Assembly (NCBI GenBank): GCA_047495785.1
Contig: JBLDXI010000020.1
Coordinates: forward strand, 2,728,001 to 2,792,000
From: Lepidodermella squamata
Lineage: Eukaryota > Animalia > Gastrotricha
DNA length: 64,000 nucleotides
Direction of reading: 5' to 3'
Part shown: in pieces, positions 10,639-22,656 of the stretch
How the letters are laid out: each line of letters opens with the position of its first letter
How positions within the stretch are numbered: position 1 is the first letter of the stretch
Notes under the pieces: model-generated
Database searches by the model: none
What the model was told of the DNA's origin: nothing
Seen by the model: only the letters and a program-made list of their open reading frames with translations
Position numbers and translations under genes: made by a program

Positions 10639-13600
10639 ATGGCCAGAAAGAAGCAGGAGGCACAACTGCAGGTTGAGTTGGATACACAGGAGCAATGGGA
10701 CGATATGCTTTCGAAAGAAGGCCTAATCGGTTGGAACTGTAACTACTAATCCCAACCAAGTAATTTACCTTCTGTTTCAATTAGTCGTCGATGTGTATCA
10801 AGAGTGGTGCGGACCGTGTACATCAATGGTTGCGAATTTAAGGAGATTAAGGAATGAGTTGGCTGGAGATGAATTGCTGAAATTCGCTGTGGTTAGTTTG
10901 GCTCTGGAGAGGCTGATATTCGAAAGAATAATGTTGTTAATCATTTTCCCAGGGCAAAGCTGATACCGTTGACGCCCTTGAAAAGTACCGGGGTAAATGC
11001 GAGCCATGCTTTCATCTATATGCGGTGAATTTCTATTCTAAATAATTAATGCTGAATTGAGTTTCAATGTTCTTCAAGGGTGGGCAGCTGGTCAACATTG
11101 TACGTGGAGCGAACTCGCCTTTGTTGATGCGGTTGATTGTTGACGAGTTAAATAAGGAAAAGAAAGTTCTTGCCGGCGAAGCAGAGAGAACTCATGTATG
11201 TGTTGAATCAATTGCTTTCAAATTCATTCATGCATTGTGTTGACTTTCAGTTCATTGATCCTGTTATCGCTGCTCAAGAAGCTGCTCGCCTTGCTGAGAA
11301 AGCAGATGAAGCTTTAGATAGCCAGGGTAAGCCATTTTTGAACAATTTCGGCTGATGAAAATGCGGTAATGTGCCAGAGTCTAAGCCAGCATCACATTCG
11401 GTGATGGAGGGTATATACATAATTGAATTATGCTATTTATTTTTATTCAAGTTATCACAAAAACACGTTATTTGCAAGGAGAGCTTAAGAAAGCTAATCC
11501 AAACTAAAATATTCAACACCATTTTATTATTTTCATAATTTTCTCACAAATTACTTGCCTGATGTATATAGAATACTTCAATCTCGAAAAGAGTAAGTTT
11601 TAATTGGGTAGCATTACGGCTATAGATTTTTATAAATCCGACACTCGGTTATAAGCCATAGTACACTTCCATTTATTTGCTATTTCTCTAGGGAGTATTA
11701 TTTGCTCTTTGACTCTATTTAATCATATTTCAGATTCGCAATTGAAGGAGGTTTCGATCGCTATAATCAAGCCGAACGTTTTCACCAGTGGAAAAGTCGC
11801 AGATGCAGTCCAGATGGTAACACTTTTGTTCCCAAAATTGGCATTGCCTAACTTTCAATAATGTAACTCAGATCAGCGACAGATTCGAAGTGCTGGCAAA
11901 ACAGGAATTCACGTTCAGCGAAGATTGGATCAAAGAGTTTTACGCTCATATTGAGAGTGAACCCATTTTCGAGGAGTTGATTGAATTCATGACATCTGGG
12001 CCATGTATGATCATGGTTTTAACCAACGCTTCGGGCGATAACGTGTGCCAAGAGTTTCGCGATTTTATCGGTCATAAAGACCCAAACATCGCCAAACAGG
12101 AAAACCCCGACAGTCTGCGTGCTCATTTCGGTAGCGATATGGTAAAGAACGGCATTCATGGCAGTGAACCAACGGAAGCTTCAAAGTATAATCAAAGATT
12201 TTAACATCTGAGTGAGGTCTATGATATTTTTCCGCAGGGAAACTGCTTTGGTCGTTGCCTTGATGCCTGACTTGGTCATTCCGAAACGACCGCCAAAGCC
12301 GCGCCTGATGCAGTTCGCAATCGTTGTGCCGCCTCCTGATCTGGAACATGCTGAGCTGATCAAGAACAGACTTGAAGGCCACGAGTTTCGCATTCTTCGT
12401 TCGGAAGAAATCGTCATGTCAGAGGAGATTTTCGAAAAAGTATTCGATCACATGAGGCGAGACGATATCGAAGAATACAGTAGAATGCACAAAATCTACG
12501 TCAACAAGTTTGTGAACTGAACATTTTACATTATTTACTCAAAATCATGTTTTACAGCGGCCCGAGTCACGTCTTTGTCGTTGAAAAGCTGGAAGGCATC
12601 CCTCAATGGATTGAAATGTTCGGCCCACATGACGTTGCGCAAGCTCATGCCACCGCACCGGATTCTCTCGTAGCTCACTTTTACCCTGCCGATGGCGAGA
12701 TCACGAAAAGTTCGATTCACTTCGCAATGCTGCCGAGCCACGGCCGCCAAGACGCGTCTTTGCTCCTTCGCCATCTCGATCAGGTTAAGCCTATTGCTAA
12801 ACCGGAATTCACCATCGCAGCTATCAAGCCTGATGCTCTTCTTCATCGAGGTAAAAAATCTCAAGCTTTGATTCAAGTTAATATAAATATTTCTCCATTA
12901 AGATGACATTTTGCAACGGATTCACGAAAGCGGTTTCCAAATTATCGATCGATTGGAGAGAAAATTAACGCCCGAATTGGTTATGCGTATGTACGTCAAT
13001 CACAAGGGCCAGGGCTATTTCTCGAAAGTTATGGACAACTTGACCAGTGGACCGACCATGTTTATGATTCTTTACCGAGAAGAAGCTATTCACGGCTGGA
13101 GAACTGTCATGGGTTTGCCTCCTTTTCATCTATTCTATTCATTGAAAATTATCTTTTTCTTTAGGCCCGAGCGACCCTGAAAAGGCCAAAGCCGAGGCTC
13201 CTGACAGCCTACGAGCCCTCGTTGGGCAAGATATCGTAAGAAACGCAGTTTTTGGCGCCGATAGCGCAGGTGAAGCTACTCATCTCTTGCGTCTAATCTG
13301 GGGCCAAAACGCCGAAGTAACTGAAGATGGCCGTTTGGAAAAGGCCACGCCCATCCCATCGCGACCTGGCAGCGGCGGCCAGGGCACTGCTACTCCGACT
13401 CCAGCTCAACCTGTGGCTCCGGCCGAGCCGGAACCAGCCGCGGCTGCGGAGCCACCAAAACCATCAGGTGAACTAGCTAAATCGCCTACTCCTGTCGAAA
13501 AAGCCCCGACTAACACTCAGAGTGAAAAGCACGTTAGTGATCTTAGCAGTAGTGATAAACCGCCTGCACCGCCCTCGAAAGAGCCAACGCCTATTCCGAC

Positions 13601-13782
13601 ACCGCCTGAGATCAAACCAGTCGCAACGCCTGTTGAGGTGAAAGAAAAAACTAACGCCTCAGAAGTGAAAATTGTGGCAACGCCAACTCCTCCCGAGCCT
13701 GTCAAAGAGAAAACAAAGGTCGAAGAGGCGAAACCACCTGCGAAATCTGAGCCAGCTCTTACTAACACCGTAGCCAAAAAAC
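10639..13782 (+). CDS. NME8: Thioredoxin + three NDP-kinase domains (NME8/TXNDC3-type outer-arm dynein intermediate chain) + Pro/Glu/Lys linker; N-terminal part of a predicted fusion with the annexin
   Basis: Spliced model MARKKQEAQLQV...VVDVYQEWCGPC...KYRGKCEPCF (Trx); NDK1 AIIKP..FMTSGP..PDSLRAHFG..KNGIHGSE; NDK2 ..PDSLVAHFY; NDK3 AAIKPDA..LTSGP..PDSLRALVG..RNAVFGAD. All introns GT-AG and in phase. If unspliced it would stop at 13799. Confidence 0.9.
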
Positions 13783-13905
13783 GTATTGAACTAACATAGC
13801 CTCCTTAAGTTCGCACTATAATTTCAATTAATTTGCTTAATCACCTATAATTTTTTTAGTTTTTTAATTATTTAACAATTTCTAATAATTTTTTGCAAAT
13901 TTCAG

Positions 13906-15990
13906 AGCCTGATATTCCTACAATTGTTGCCCACGAAAATTTCGACGCGAAAGCTGATAGCGAGGCCTTGTATCGCGCTATGCAGGGCGTTGGAGCCGAT
14001 GAGGATAAAATAACGTCGATAATGACGCGGCGGTCGTGGCAGCAGAGGGTTCAGATTGCGCACAAATTCAAGGAACTCTACAATTTGGACTTGATTGAGA
14101 CGTTCAAGGGCGAGGCGCATGGCAATTACGAAGATCTCGTTGTTGCGCTGTGCCGCGATCCAACCGCCCAGGCGGCTCATAACTTGAACCAGGCGATGAA
14201 AGGCCTTGGAACTGATGAGGATGGATTGATTGAAGTCATCTGCACCACGCCCTACCACGAACTGGAAGCTATCGAAAAGGAATACGAAAAATGTAAAAAA
14301 GAAATCAATTTAAAATTAGATGTGCACAACCTAAATTTAGGACTCGAGCACTAAATTTGAGGCTTCGGTTTCTTTTTTTTTAGATTTTTCACGCCTCTCC
14401 TATAGAATCTAAATTTTTTTTCGATTCGTTTGATTCCAAATATCGATTTTACAAAATCGGTGATTTTCCGATATTAGAAGTCAGCGAACAAACATTCGCT
14501 AGAAAGCAAAATTTAGTGCTGGAATCTCAATTTTGATGATGTTCCGTAGACCCTTTATTATTTACATTTTAAATTTCAAAATCGAAAATTAAAGGTCGCA
14601 AGAATCGTAAATTGGAAATCGCTAAAATTTAAAAATTTCAATTTCAAAGATTTTTAAATTTGCAAAAATCTGAATTAAAAAAAACTAATATTTCAATGAA
14701 ATTTTCAAAAATAATTATTCTCATTGTTTTCAGTGTTCGGGAAGACTTTGGTCGCAGCGGTTACGGACGATACGAGTGGCCCGTTCCGTGATGTCCTCAT
14801 TAAGCTTCTGAATCGCAAGGAGCTGTCGAATGCCGTCGATCCGGCCGCTGTGAAAAATGACGCCAAACACCTCCACGAGGAAATAGGCAAGGGAGCTAAA
14901 GAAGGCACAGCTGCTTTGACCAATTTGATGGCCGAACGATCTCATCCTCAACTTGCGGCCATCTTCGACGCTTACAAGCAAGATCATGGCAAAGATATTG
15001 AAGACGTTATCCACTCTTCATTTGAAGGGGACGTTAAGGACGCCTATCTCGCCGTTGGTAAGAAAATTTCAAAATTAGATTGCAATTTTATTATAAAAAT
15101 GTTTAATTCAGTTGGAACTGTTCGAAATGTTGCGGCATATTTTGCCAAGCGCCTGCGAGCGTCGACCGAGGGAATGGGAACGCGGGATAACCAGTTGATC
15201 CGCATTTTGGTCTCCCGATCTGAGATCGATTTGGAAAATATCAAGAAGGAGTACGAAAAGTTGTACAAAGTGCCGTTGTTGAAGCACGTTGCGGATGATA
15301 CAAGTGGTGACTACAAGCACGCGCTTGTCTCAATCATCACTGGAAACAATGCCAATCTCAAAGGTGAGGATACTTATATTCAAAAAAAATTGAAATTTTC
15401 AGAATTTGAATTTTTAAACGTTCAACTTTTAAATTCTAAAAATTAAAAAATTGAAGTTTATTTATTTCATGAATTAAAAAAATAAATGAAACCTAATTTT
15501 AATTGATTAATCGATAAAAAATTGAGAAAGTTCAAAAAGCTCTTAATCTATACCAATTTGGTGGAATTTTTCCCGAATTAATTTGGCATTAAATTATTTA
15601 ATGGTTTGAATCTGATCTAAATTGCCACCCTGGTTGGATAAAATACGAATAGGTCGTGTTGTTGATGTCCCTGCAAAGAGCCCATCACCACCCCCTAGCA
15701 CCAACTTGCCTCGGCCACCTTCTATCCCGGCCTCGCCCGTGCCGGAACCGACTTCACCTAGAAAGCCGCCGAGTCGCACTAATAGCAAGGCGAGTGTTAA
15801 AAGCGGCTCTGGGGCAACGCCGGCTGCGAAACCGGCTAGTAAGGAGCCGACTACGCACAGCCGACGCGCGTCAAACGCCTCGGTTAAAAGTCAGCAATCA
15901 GTCGGCGGTAGCACTAAAGCTGCCCCGGCGGCGGCGGCGGCCAAACCGCAACCGGATGACGATGAAGAGGCTAAAACCGTCGATGGTTAA
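13906..15990 (+). CDS. Complete four-repeat annexin core + Pro/Ser/Lys-rich tail; predicted C-terminal part of the NME8-annexin fusion
   Basis: Exons 13906-14292, 14734-15057, 15112-15363, 15653-15990. Repeats with AMQGVGADE, AMKGLGTDE, EGMGTRDNQLIRILVSRSEIDL, DDTSGDYK. No ATG of its own before repeat 1. Confidence 0.88.
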
Positions 15991-17294
15991 GGTAGACCGA
16001 AAAAAACAAGATGAATCATCACGCTGACTTCCCAGATTCGGTTTATCATTTTTCAATTTTCCGGAGTTTCATCAATTTTTCTATTGTTTCTTTTGCCCAC
16101 TGAGTTGCATTACGTTAAATACCTATTATTAGCTACGAAATAATTTTTGCATTTGCTTCACTGGTTGTTTAAAATGTCTCTTGACTCCAAATAATTATAT
16201 TTTTCTTTATTTTTTCAGCTTGAAGATTTCAATCGCAATGGAAATGGAGAGCGATGCCTGATGGATCAAAATCGAACGATTTATAATGCACAAATTATTA
16301 GTTTTGGAATGATATTAATATTTTTTTTCAATTCATGTTTTACTTCAAAAAGTACCGTTTCTGTGATACTAAAAATAATTGAGAAAAAAAACGAAAAAAA
16401 AGTATGAAAAAATGATAATTTTATAAAAATGTTGTGCGTATATTATTTATAGTTTTATTCAATTTTAAAAACCTGAATTATTGATCGCAAAAATAATGAT
16501 AAAAAAAATAAAACAAAAACAAATTTATCTGGTTTTGTTGTTCATTGTTATTGGGAACAATAGGCACGGTGTGATTCGGCGATAATGACTGGTACACCGG
16601 TTCGCACTGAAGTGGGCGGATTATTGTGGGCACCCACCCGTATTACGCCGCGCCTCGAGGCTGGTTCACGCGGTTAATCCACGCTGGGCGCTAAATAATG
16701 TTAACCAATAAGTAGTGCGCGCATTTAAGCTGTTTGTTTGCGACGAACACCGCCCGTTGCGCACGAAAAGACGGTGTTGACCCGGCTCAGGAACTCCAAT
16801 CCGTAAAAGCGACCTGTGAACTTTAACGCACAGACGAAAGCGCGCGCGCGATTACAAAACAAGTGACTTATTATCATTTTATTCATTTATTCCTTCTTTC
16901 TTTTGTTCTTGATATAAAATTCGATGAGAAAAATTTACACAACGCTATTATAATTCTGAACCATGAAACGAGAGACAAAAAATCAAGGTATTATATTGCA
17001 AATTCCGTCCTGTTGATGAAAAAAAGAGAGACATTCTACAGCAAAATTTTTTACATACAATATAATCATCTTATTGTACACAGGAAAAAATTGAGCAATT
17101 GATGGTGATATGCTTGATATAAGCTCAACAAAAAAATTTGGTCACGCAGTGTTGTTTATGGAATTTTTTTTCAGCAGGTGGACACACACACAAACAGTCA
17201 CGCAAAATAATCGAGACATGTAAACACACCCTGTGGATGAAATAAAAAACATAGAGATCGAAGTGATGAAAATTGAGGTGGATTTGCTATTTCG

Positions 17295-19990
17295 TTAACA
17301 CGTGTTGTCGTTGCTGTTGTTGCGTTCAAACCCGATTTCAGCCATTTTCTTGAGAAATTGGGTCATTTTCGCGCGAACGACTTCAGGCAGATGCGCGTGG
17401 CTTTCGTAGGTCTGCGAGACGCCGTTTTCATCCGTAACCTCCAGCGTCCGATCGCTGAAATATTGAACCCGGCAGCCGGTGAGGAATCTCACGACAAACA
17501 GGGTGCCGGAAGACTCGGGCTCCGCAGTCACCCAGCCGATGCCAGGGAAGAAATTCTCCTTGCCCATCGCGGTTGAATTCGGATCTCTAGACAGCGATTT
17601 CGCCCGCCTTAACAACGGATTTGTCCCGCCAGACTCAGACTGGGCGTCACTTCGACCCCGGCTTGATCTTACAACAACAGGCGACCCGGGTACTAACGAA
17701 TTTTTCTCTTCATGCACCTCGCTGTTAGTCGCCATTGAATTTGTTGATGAAATCATGTTCATAACAGACATAGCCCGGCTTCTTTTCGAACGATTCACCC
17801 CGGACGAGGATGAGCCGAGACGACGGCCGCTTTCCATAGGGAAAACGAGGTCTTCATCCAACCGGTCTCGAATCGCGCTTTCAACCAGCATTTTTTCGAG
17901 TTCAATCGCCGAATTCCTCACGGCCTGGGCGTCGCGGAATAACGGCCGCCGCGCCTCAGGTATCAACTCTTCAGAATCCTTCGAATCTCGCGGTTGAATC
18001 AACATCACCGCTTTTGCCGTGTCCTCTAAACGGATAGAACCGTCAGCCGTGAATCGAAAAGTGACGCCAACTCGTGGGAACTCAACAACGCAATCGGTTA
18101 AAGTTTCCATGAGGAAACATCGAACGTAATGGCCGTTTAGTAGCGTGTTAATGATGACTTTCGGCGTTGTTTGCCGGTGAAATTCAACGATATTCGCCGC
18201 AAATCTGTACATGCCGAACAAACTTCGCCGCATAGTGGCGTATGTACAAGACCTAGGCGCTTTGGCTAACGCATTTCGAGGGATGTCTTCGATTCTAGTC
18301 GCTCGATCTGCTAATAATGGGACCTGCTCGGGCCGGCTGATCTTCGCGATGGTGATTGTCTCGCCATCTGGAGAAATTTCAACAACCTCAGTGATATGAA
18401 GCCCGCCATCATCGACCTTCTCAACAACCACCGTTCCAGACTCCAAAATACTGAAAGTAGCGTTTTCTAACGGAGCTCGACACGGCTCTAGCCTCCTGGT
18501 ACACAACTTTGGCGGCCGGCTTGAGCTGGCGACTGATGACGAGGCATTTGTCTTACAGGGCGAGCTAGTCGTGCTTGGAGCTGGTCTTGAGCTGAAGCTT
18601 TGAGTTGATCGGAAAATGTTTTCCGAGCCTTGAGATCTATGCTGTTGTTGTTGTTGTTGCTGTTTTTCTTGCTGTTGACTTGAGCTTAGATATCTTCGGC
18701 TACTAGTAGGCGATGACTGAATTGAGGAAGCAACATCGCTCTCGGAAACTGGGGCTAGGCCTGGATACCGAGTGACTTTGGTATTTCGCGGTCGGTACGG
18801 TGAGCTGACTGAGGCTGGTTGAATGTTTATTAGTGGCGCGCGTAGAGGCGGTGGATTGCAGCCTGATGACGTTGTGGATGTTAACAAAGTCGAATTAGGC
18901 CGGCCTGAATCCGTCGAATCGTTCAAAATTCGTGAGGAATTTCCTTGATAGCCAGTTGATCGTAAAATAAAGGGATGAAGCCGAATTTCTAATAAAATAA
19001 TCAAAATAAATGTCATTCAATTCAAAGAAAATATTCATTACCATCTAATCGAAGCCTTTGATTAGGATTCTGGCGTAAAAGTTTATCAATAAGATCAGCA
19101 GCGTCATGAGGGACATTGCCCGGAAGATCGTAACTTCCCCTTCGAATACGATCAAAGGTCGTCGGAATTGAGTCAGAGTCAAAGGGACACCTGCCCACAA
19201 GGAAGCGATACAAAATGCAGCCCAAGCTCCAAACATCGCATTCTTGACCGTGCATATCGCGGCTAACAAATTCGGGCGCCATGTAATTCGGCGTTCCGAC
19301 CAAGGTATTATGAACGCCGCCAACACGGCAAGCTAAACCGAAATCGCCGATTTTCTAAATGAATCAACGAGTAGAAAAATGTTGCATTTGAAGGAACTCG
19401 ACTTACCAGATGCAGATCTTTGGTCACCATTATGTTATTTATTGACAGATCTCGGTGCATTATGCCTTTAACATGCAAATATTGCACGCCAGCAACAATT
19501 TGACTGAAGAAATCGCCGACTGAACAAAGCATCATATAAAAAGAGCTAATGATATTCGCAATCAAACAAACCTTCTTTCTCTGATAGATTCCTTCCCAGT
19601 TTCTTTAGATACGACGTCAAATCACCATTTTCGCAATACTCCAGAACGAAGTATATCTTATCAGAATCTTCGCCTCTATCGATAAACTATGGGAATAAAG
19701 CAGAATACTAAACATCTCCATCGGAAAAAATGTAACTCACTTTGACAATATTCGGATGAGAAAGTTCACTGTGAATCTTGTACTCATTAGTCACACGCAT
19801 CCGCATATCATCGGATGACAGTTTCTTCTTCTCGATCTACAACGAGAGAAATGCATTAACAAACCAATAGACAGAAGCATCAAATACATACCACTTTGAT
19901 CGCGACAGTCCGCCCAGATGAGTCAGTGGCACTGAAAACCTGGGCAAATCCGCCCTTCCCGATGGCCTGTCCCAATTGAAACTTAGGCAT
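17295..19990 (-). CDS. PLK4: Polo-like kinase 4 (SAK)
   Basis: Spliced kinase MPKFQLGQAIGKGGFAQVF..VAIK..HPNIVK..HRDLSINN..KIGDFGLA..GTPNYMAPE; DSTDSG degron-like motif; cryptic polo box (RRLEPCR..ATFSILESGTV, TPKV) and C-terminal polo box (FFPGIGW). Confidence 0.88.
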
Positions 19991-20279
19991 CGGGGCAGAT
20001 GTTGTTTGTCAACAGCAAATCGTTAGAATATTAGACGAGGATCCGCTTACTTTTTAAAAGAGCTAAGAGCAAAGAAAAGGTTGAATGACATAGCATACAT
20101 CATCGGCCAAGTTGAGTTGTTATCATTTGGGTATAAAATAGCAAAATATCGAATAGCGCAGCCGCAGTCGAGCGTCGGTAACAATAGTGTTGGTGGTAAC
20201 AAGAGTAGTAAGTTCTATCAAGTGAAGTACTCAACAGAAGAAAGAAGATGGTTAGCAACTGGTTGCAAGTTGTAGCTGA

Positions 20280-20293
20280 GTTGTAATGACAAC
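20280..20293. promoter_or_regulatory. X-box (RFX) motif upstream of PLK4
   Basis: GTTGTAATGACAAC, a 14-bp imperfect palindrome like the X-box consensus GTTGCCATGGCAAC, about 290 bp upstream of the PLK4 ATG. Confidence 0.45.
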
Positions 20294-22656
20294 CTTTGAA
20301 CCTTTGGAGATAAAGTCATTTGATGCAACGAATCTAGAAATTTATTATCAGCATTATGCCAGCCACAACATAGCGGCAACCGAGGGAATTATAAAGTAGC
20401 CAGCAATAGAATTTCCTAGCGGTAACAAGATTTGTTTCATGTTACAGCAAATCTGGATCAAGCAAAATGGGACATTAGGTTTGTCAGATCAGCTTTAAGA
20501 ATAAAGTCATGCCAAGATTTCATAACAGATTACGAACACCGCGAGATTAAAGGCTTTAGCCGCTCGCGTATAACCCTACTTCGGTATAACCCTAACCCTT
20601 CGCTTCTCCCAACTTTTCCAAATTTCCCGCGCGGCGGCTAATTTTTGAGATAATGTGTGCGTAAAATAAAAATCAAATTATATATTTTATTTTTGCTGAA
20701 CTGCACATTTTATGTAATTAATATACTCGCAAGGTAAAATGAAGAAGCGGTTAATTACTCTCATCAGCGAAAAGTTATAAGTTCCAAATAACTGTCTACG
20801 CGTTACGTTAGTCGCTGACGCCGTGACGCGCCTGTCGCCACCTGCTTCCTGCACATTTGTATCTGTTAGCTGATTCGTTGGGACATATTGCCGTTTATAG
20901 TGGGTGTTATGCCCAGGCGCTAGGCTTCTTCGAACGTTTTTTCTTCTCTCTCGACTCGAGAACTCTGCATCCTGCGACAATACCGGGATTTATTATTTTG
21001 TTGATTACACTTGGAGTTTACCTCGCAAAGTGTTATTTTAATTTACGCTGTCAACTCATTATAAAAGTTTTGGATTTTGGTCATTTACATTCGGTCTTCG
21101 GTTTTGCGTTGCGAGTTGAATCCTTCATCGTTCCACTATTCGATATTCGATAAGTCGTGATATGTCTTAGTGAGCGCTTTCCTTCCCGTCCCTGATTTGC
21201 TCCCATTGTGTGATTTTTGAGCGTTTCAGATAATATTTCATGCTTTTCAATTCTTAAAAAAAATCAGAATGTTCAAGTGATCACACTTTGTTTCTTTTTT
21301 CTCTAAGCTAGCCGATTGCCAAACTATAAGGATATTATCTATAAATCAGTGATCACCTGCAAGAGTGGTAATAAACGCGCACGCCGTTGGTTTTTTATAG
21401 ACAGGCAGAGTATTTAGGGTATAGGGTATTGAACTCGCAGCCCGTCTTCATCGTGCGGTGGGATTTGAGCTGACTCTGATCAACGGGGGAGTTCACCCGT
21501 CAGTGAATGCGAGGCTTGATAGCATAATTATCATACTAAACGGACATTTTTGCTGATCGAAATTGTGCGATAATTTTGTTGTCGGCCGTTTGACAAAAAG
21601 TTTCTGATCAAATCAAGAAAAGGCTTTCCATTATTTTTGCCAATTGCCAATATTTTTTCATTTACGCTGTCATATAAAAAAGAGGAATTGCGTATTAATT
21701 ATCAAGCGCCAGCCGCTGTTTTTCTCAAGAAATATGCATACATTTAATATGAAGCGTTTTTTTGGCGTGGGTCTCAGATATTTTTAGCGTTGGTGCGCAC
21801 ACGTTCGCTCATCTTAATTATTGCATTTTTTCTTTAGAATAGAAAAGTATGTTCAGAGTTATTTTAGCCCGGGCTTGCGTAACTTGGAAGTTGTCGAATT
21901 CGAACAACTTTGACCGGCTTTCGCCGTAATCTTGGGCCTGACATTGAATATTGAATATTAATTACCACCAAAATTTCCGTTTTTTCTTTCAAAAATTCAG
22001 GATTCAGGCTACTGAAATAAGGGCTTAAAAACGGGAATAAACTAAAAATGGATGCCATCAGTTCTGAAAAGAGACATCCGCTAACAATTTACTTGATTTA
22101 ACCATCCGGTTCTTGGAACGTCTATGATCAACGTTATTCTAAACTAATGTCACTCGATTATACTTCACATAAACCAGGCGAAAAAAGTGAAGAATTGAAA
22201 TATTAGAAATCAAAATACGCATCTTGAGGTTGTTAAAATCTTCATTTTATTCTTGGTACCAATCCGAATGTTGAACGGGCCGTGATATCAGGTCGTTAAT
22301 TTTTTTCCACAAGCTTTGCGTGTCGCCTTACACATCATGCTTCGAATCTCTTATGAGTTCGTTCGAATTTCTGATGTAATGAGTATTGATAATTTCCTTA
22401 AAATAATTGTTCCTAGCTCTACTTCGGTCACGTAAAGTAAAAAAGTGTCTATCCTTGATAGATTGATGCTCGTAGCCGATAGCTTCTTAATAAATTTCTC
22501 GAAGTTTTACTTCGGTAAGGAAAATCGGAAAGCGTTAATAATTAATACATAGTGTAATGCAATTACTCGTCTATTCAATCTTCCATGAACATGTCATTTA
22601 TATTTTCAACTATTTTCTATTTCAACACCATAGGGACTTGAAGTCAAAGAGTGTTC

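Noticed and set aside
15058-15111. Apparent 18-aa insertion (KKISKLDCNFIIKMFNS) in the annexin ORF
   Set aside because: It is a 54-nt stop-free GT-AG intron; removing it restores the repeat 3-4 junction.
20687-21240. Minus-strand ORF pieces upstream of PLK4
   Set aside because: No consistent spliced model or homology could be built; an orphan gene cannot be excluded.
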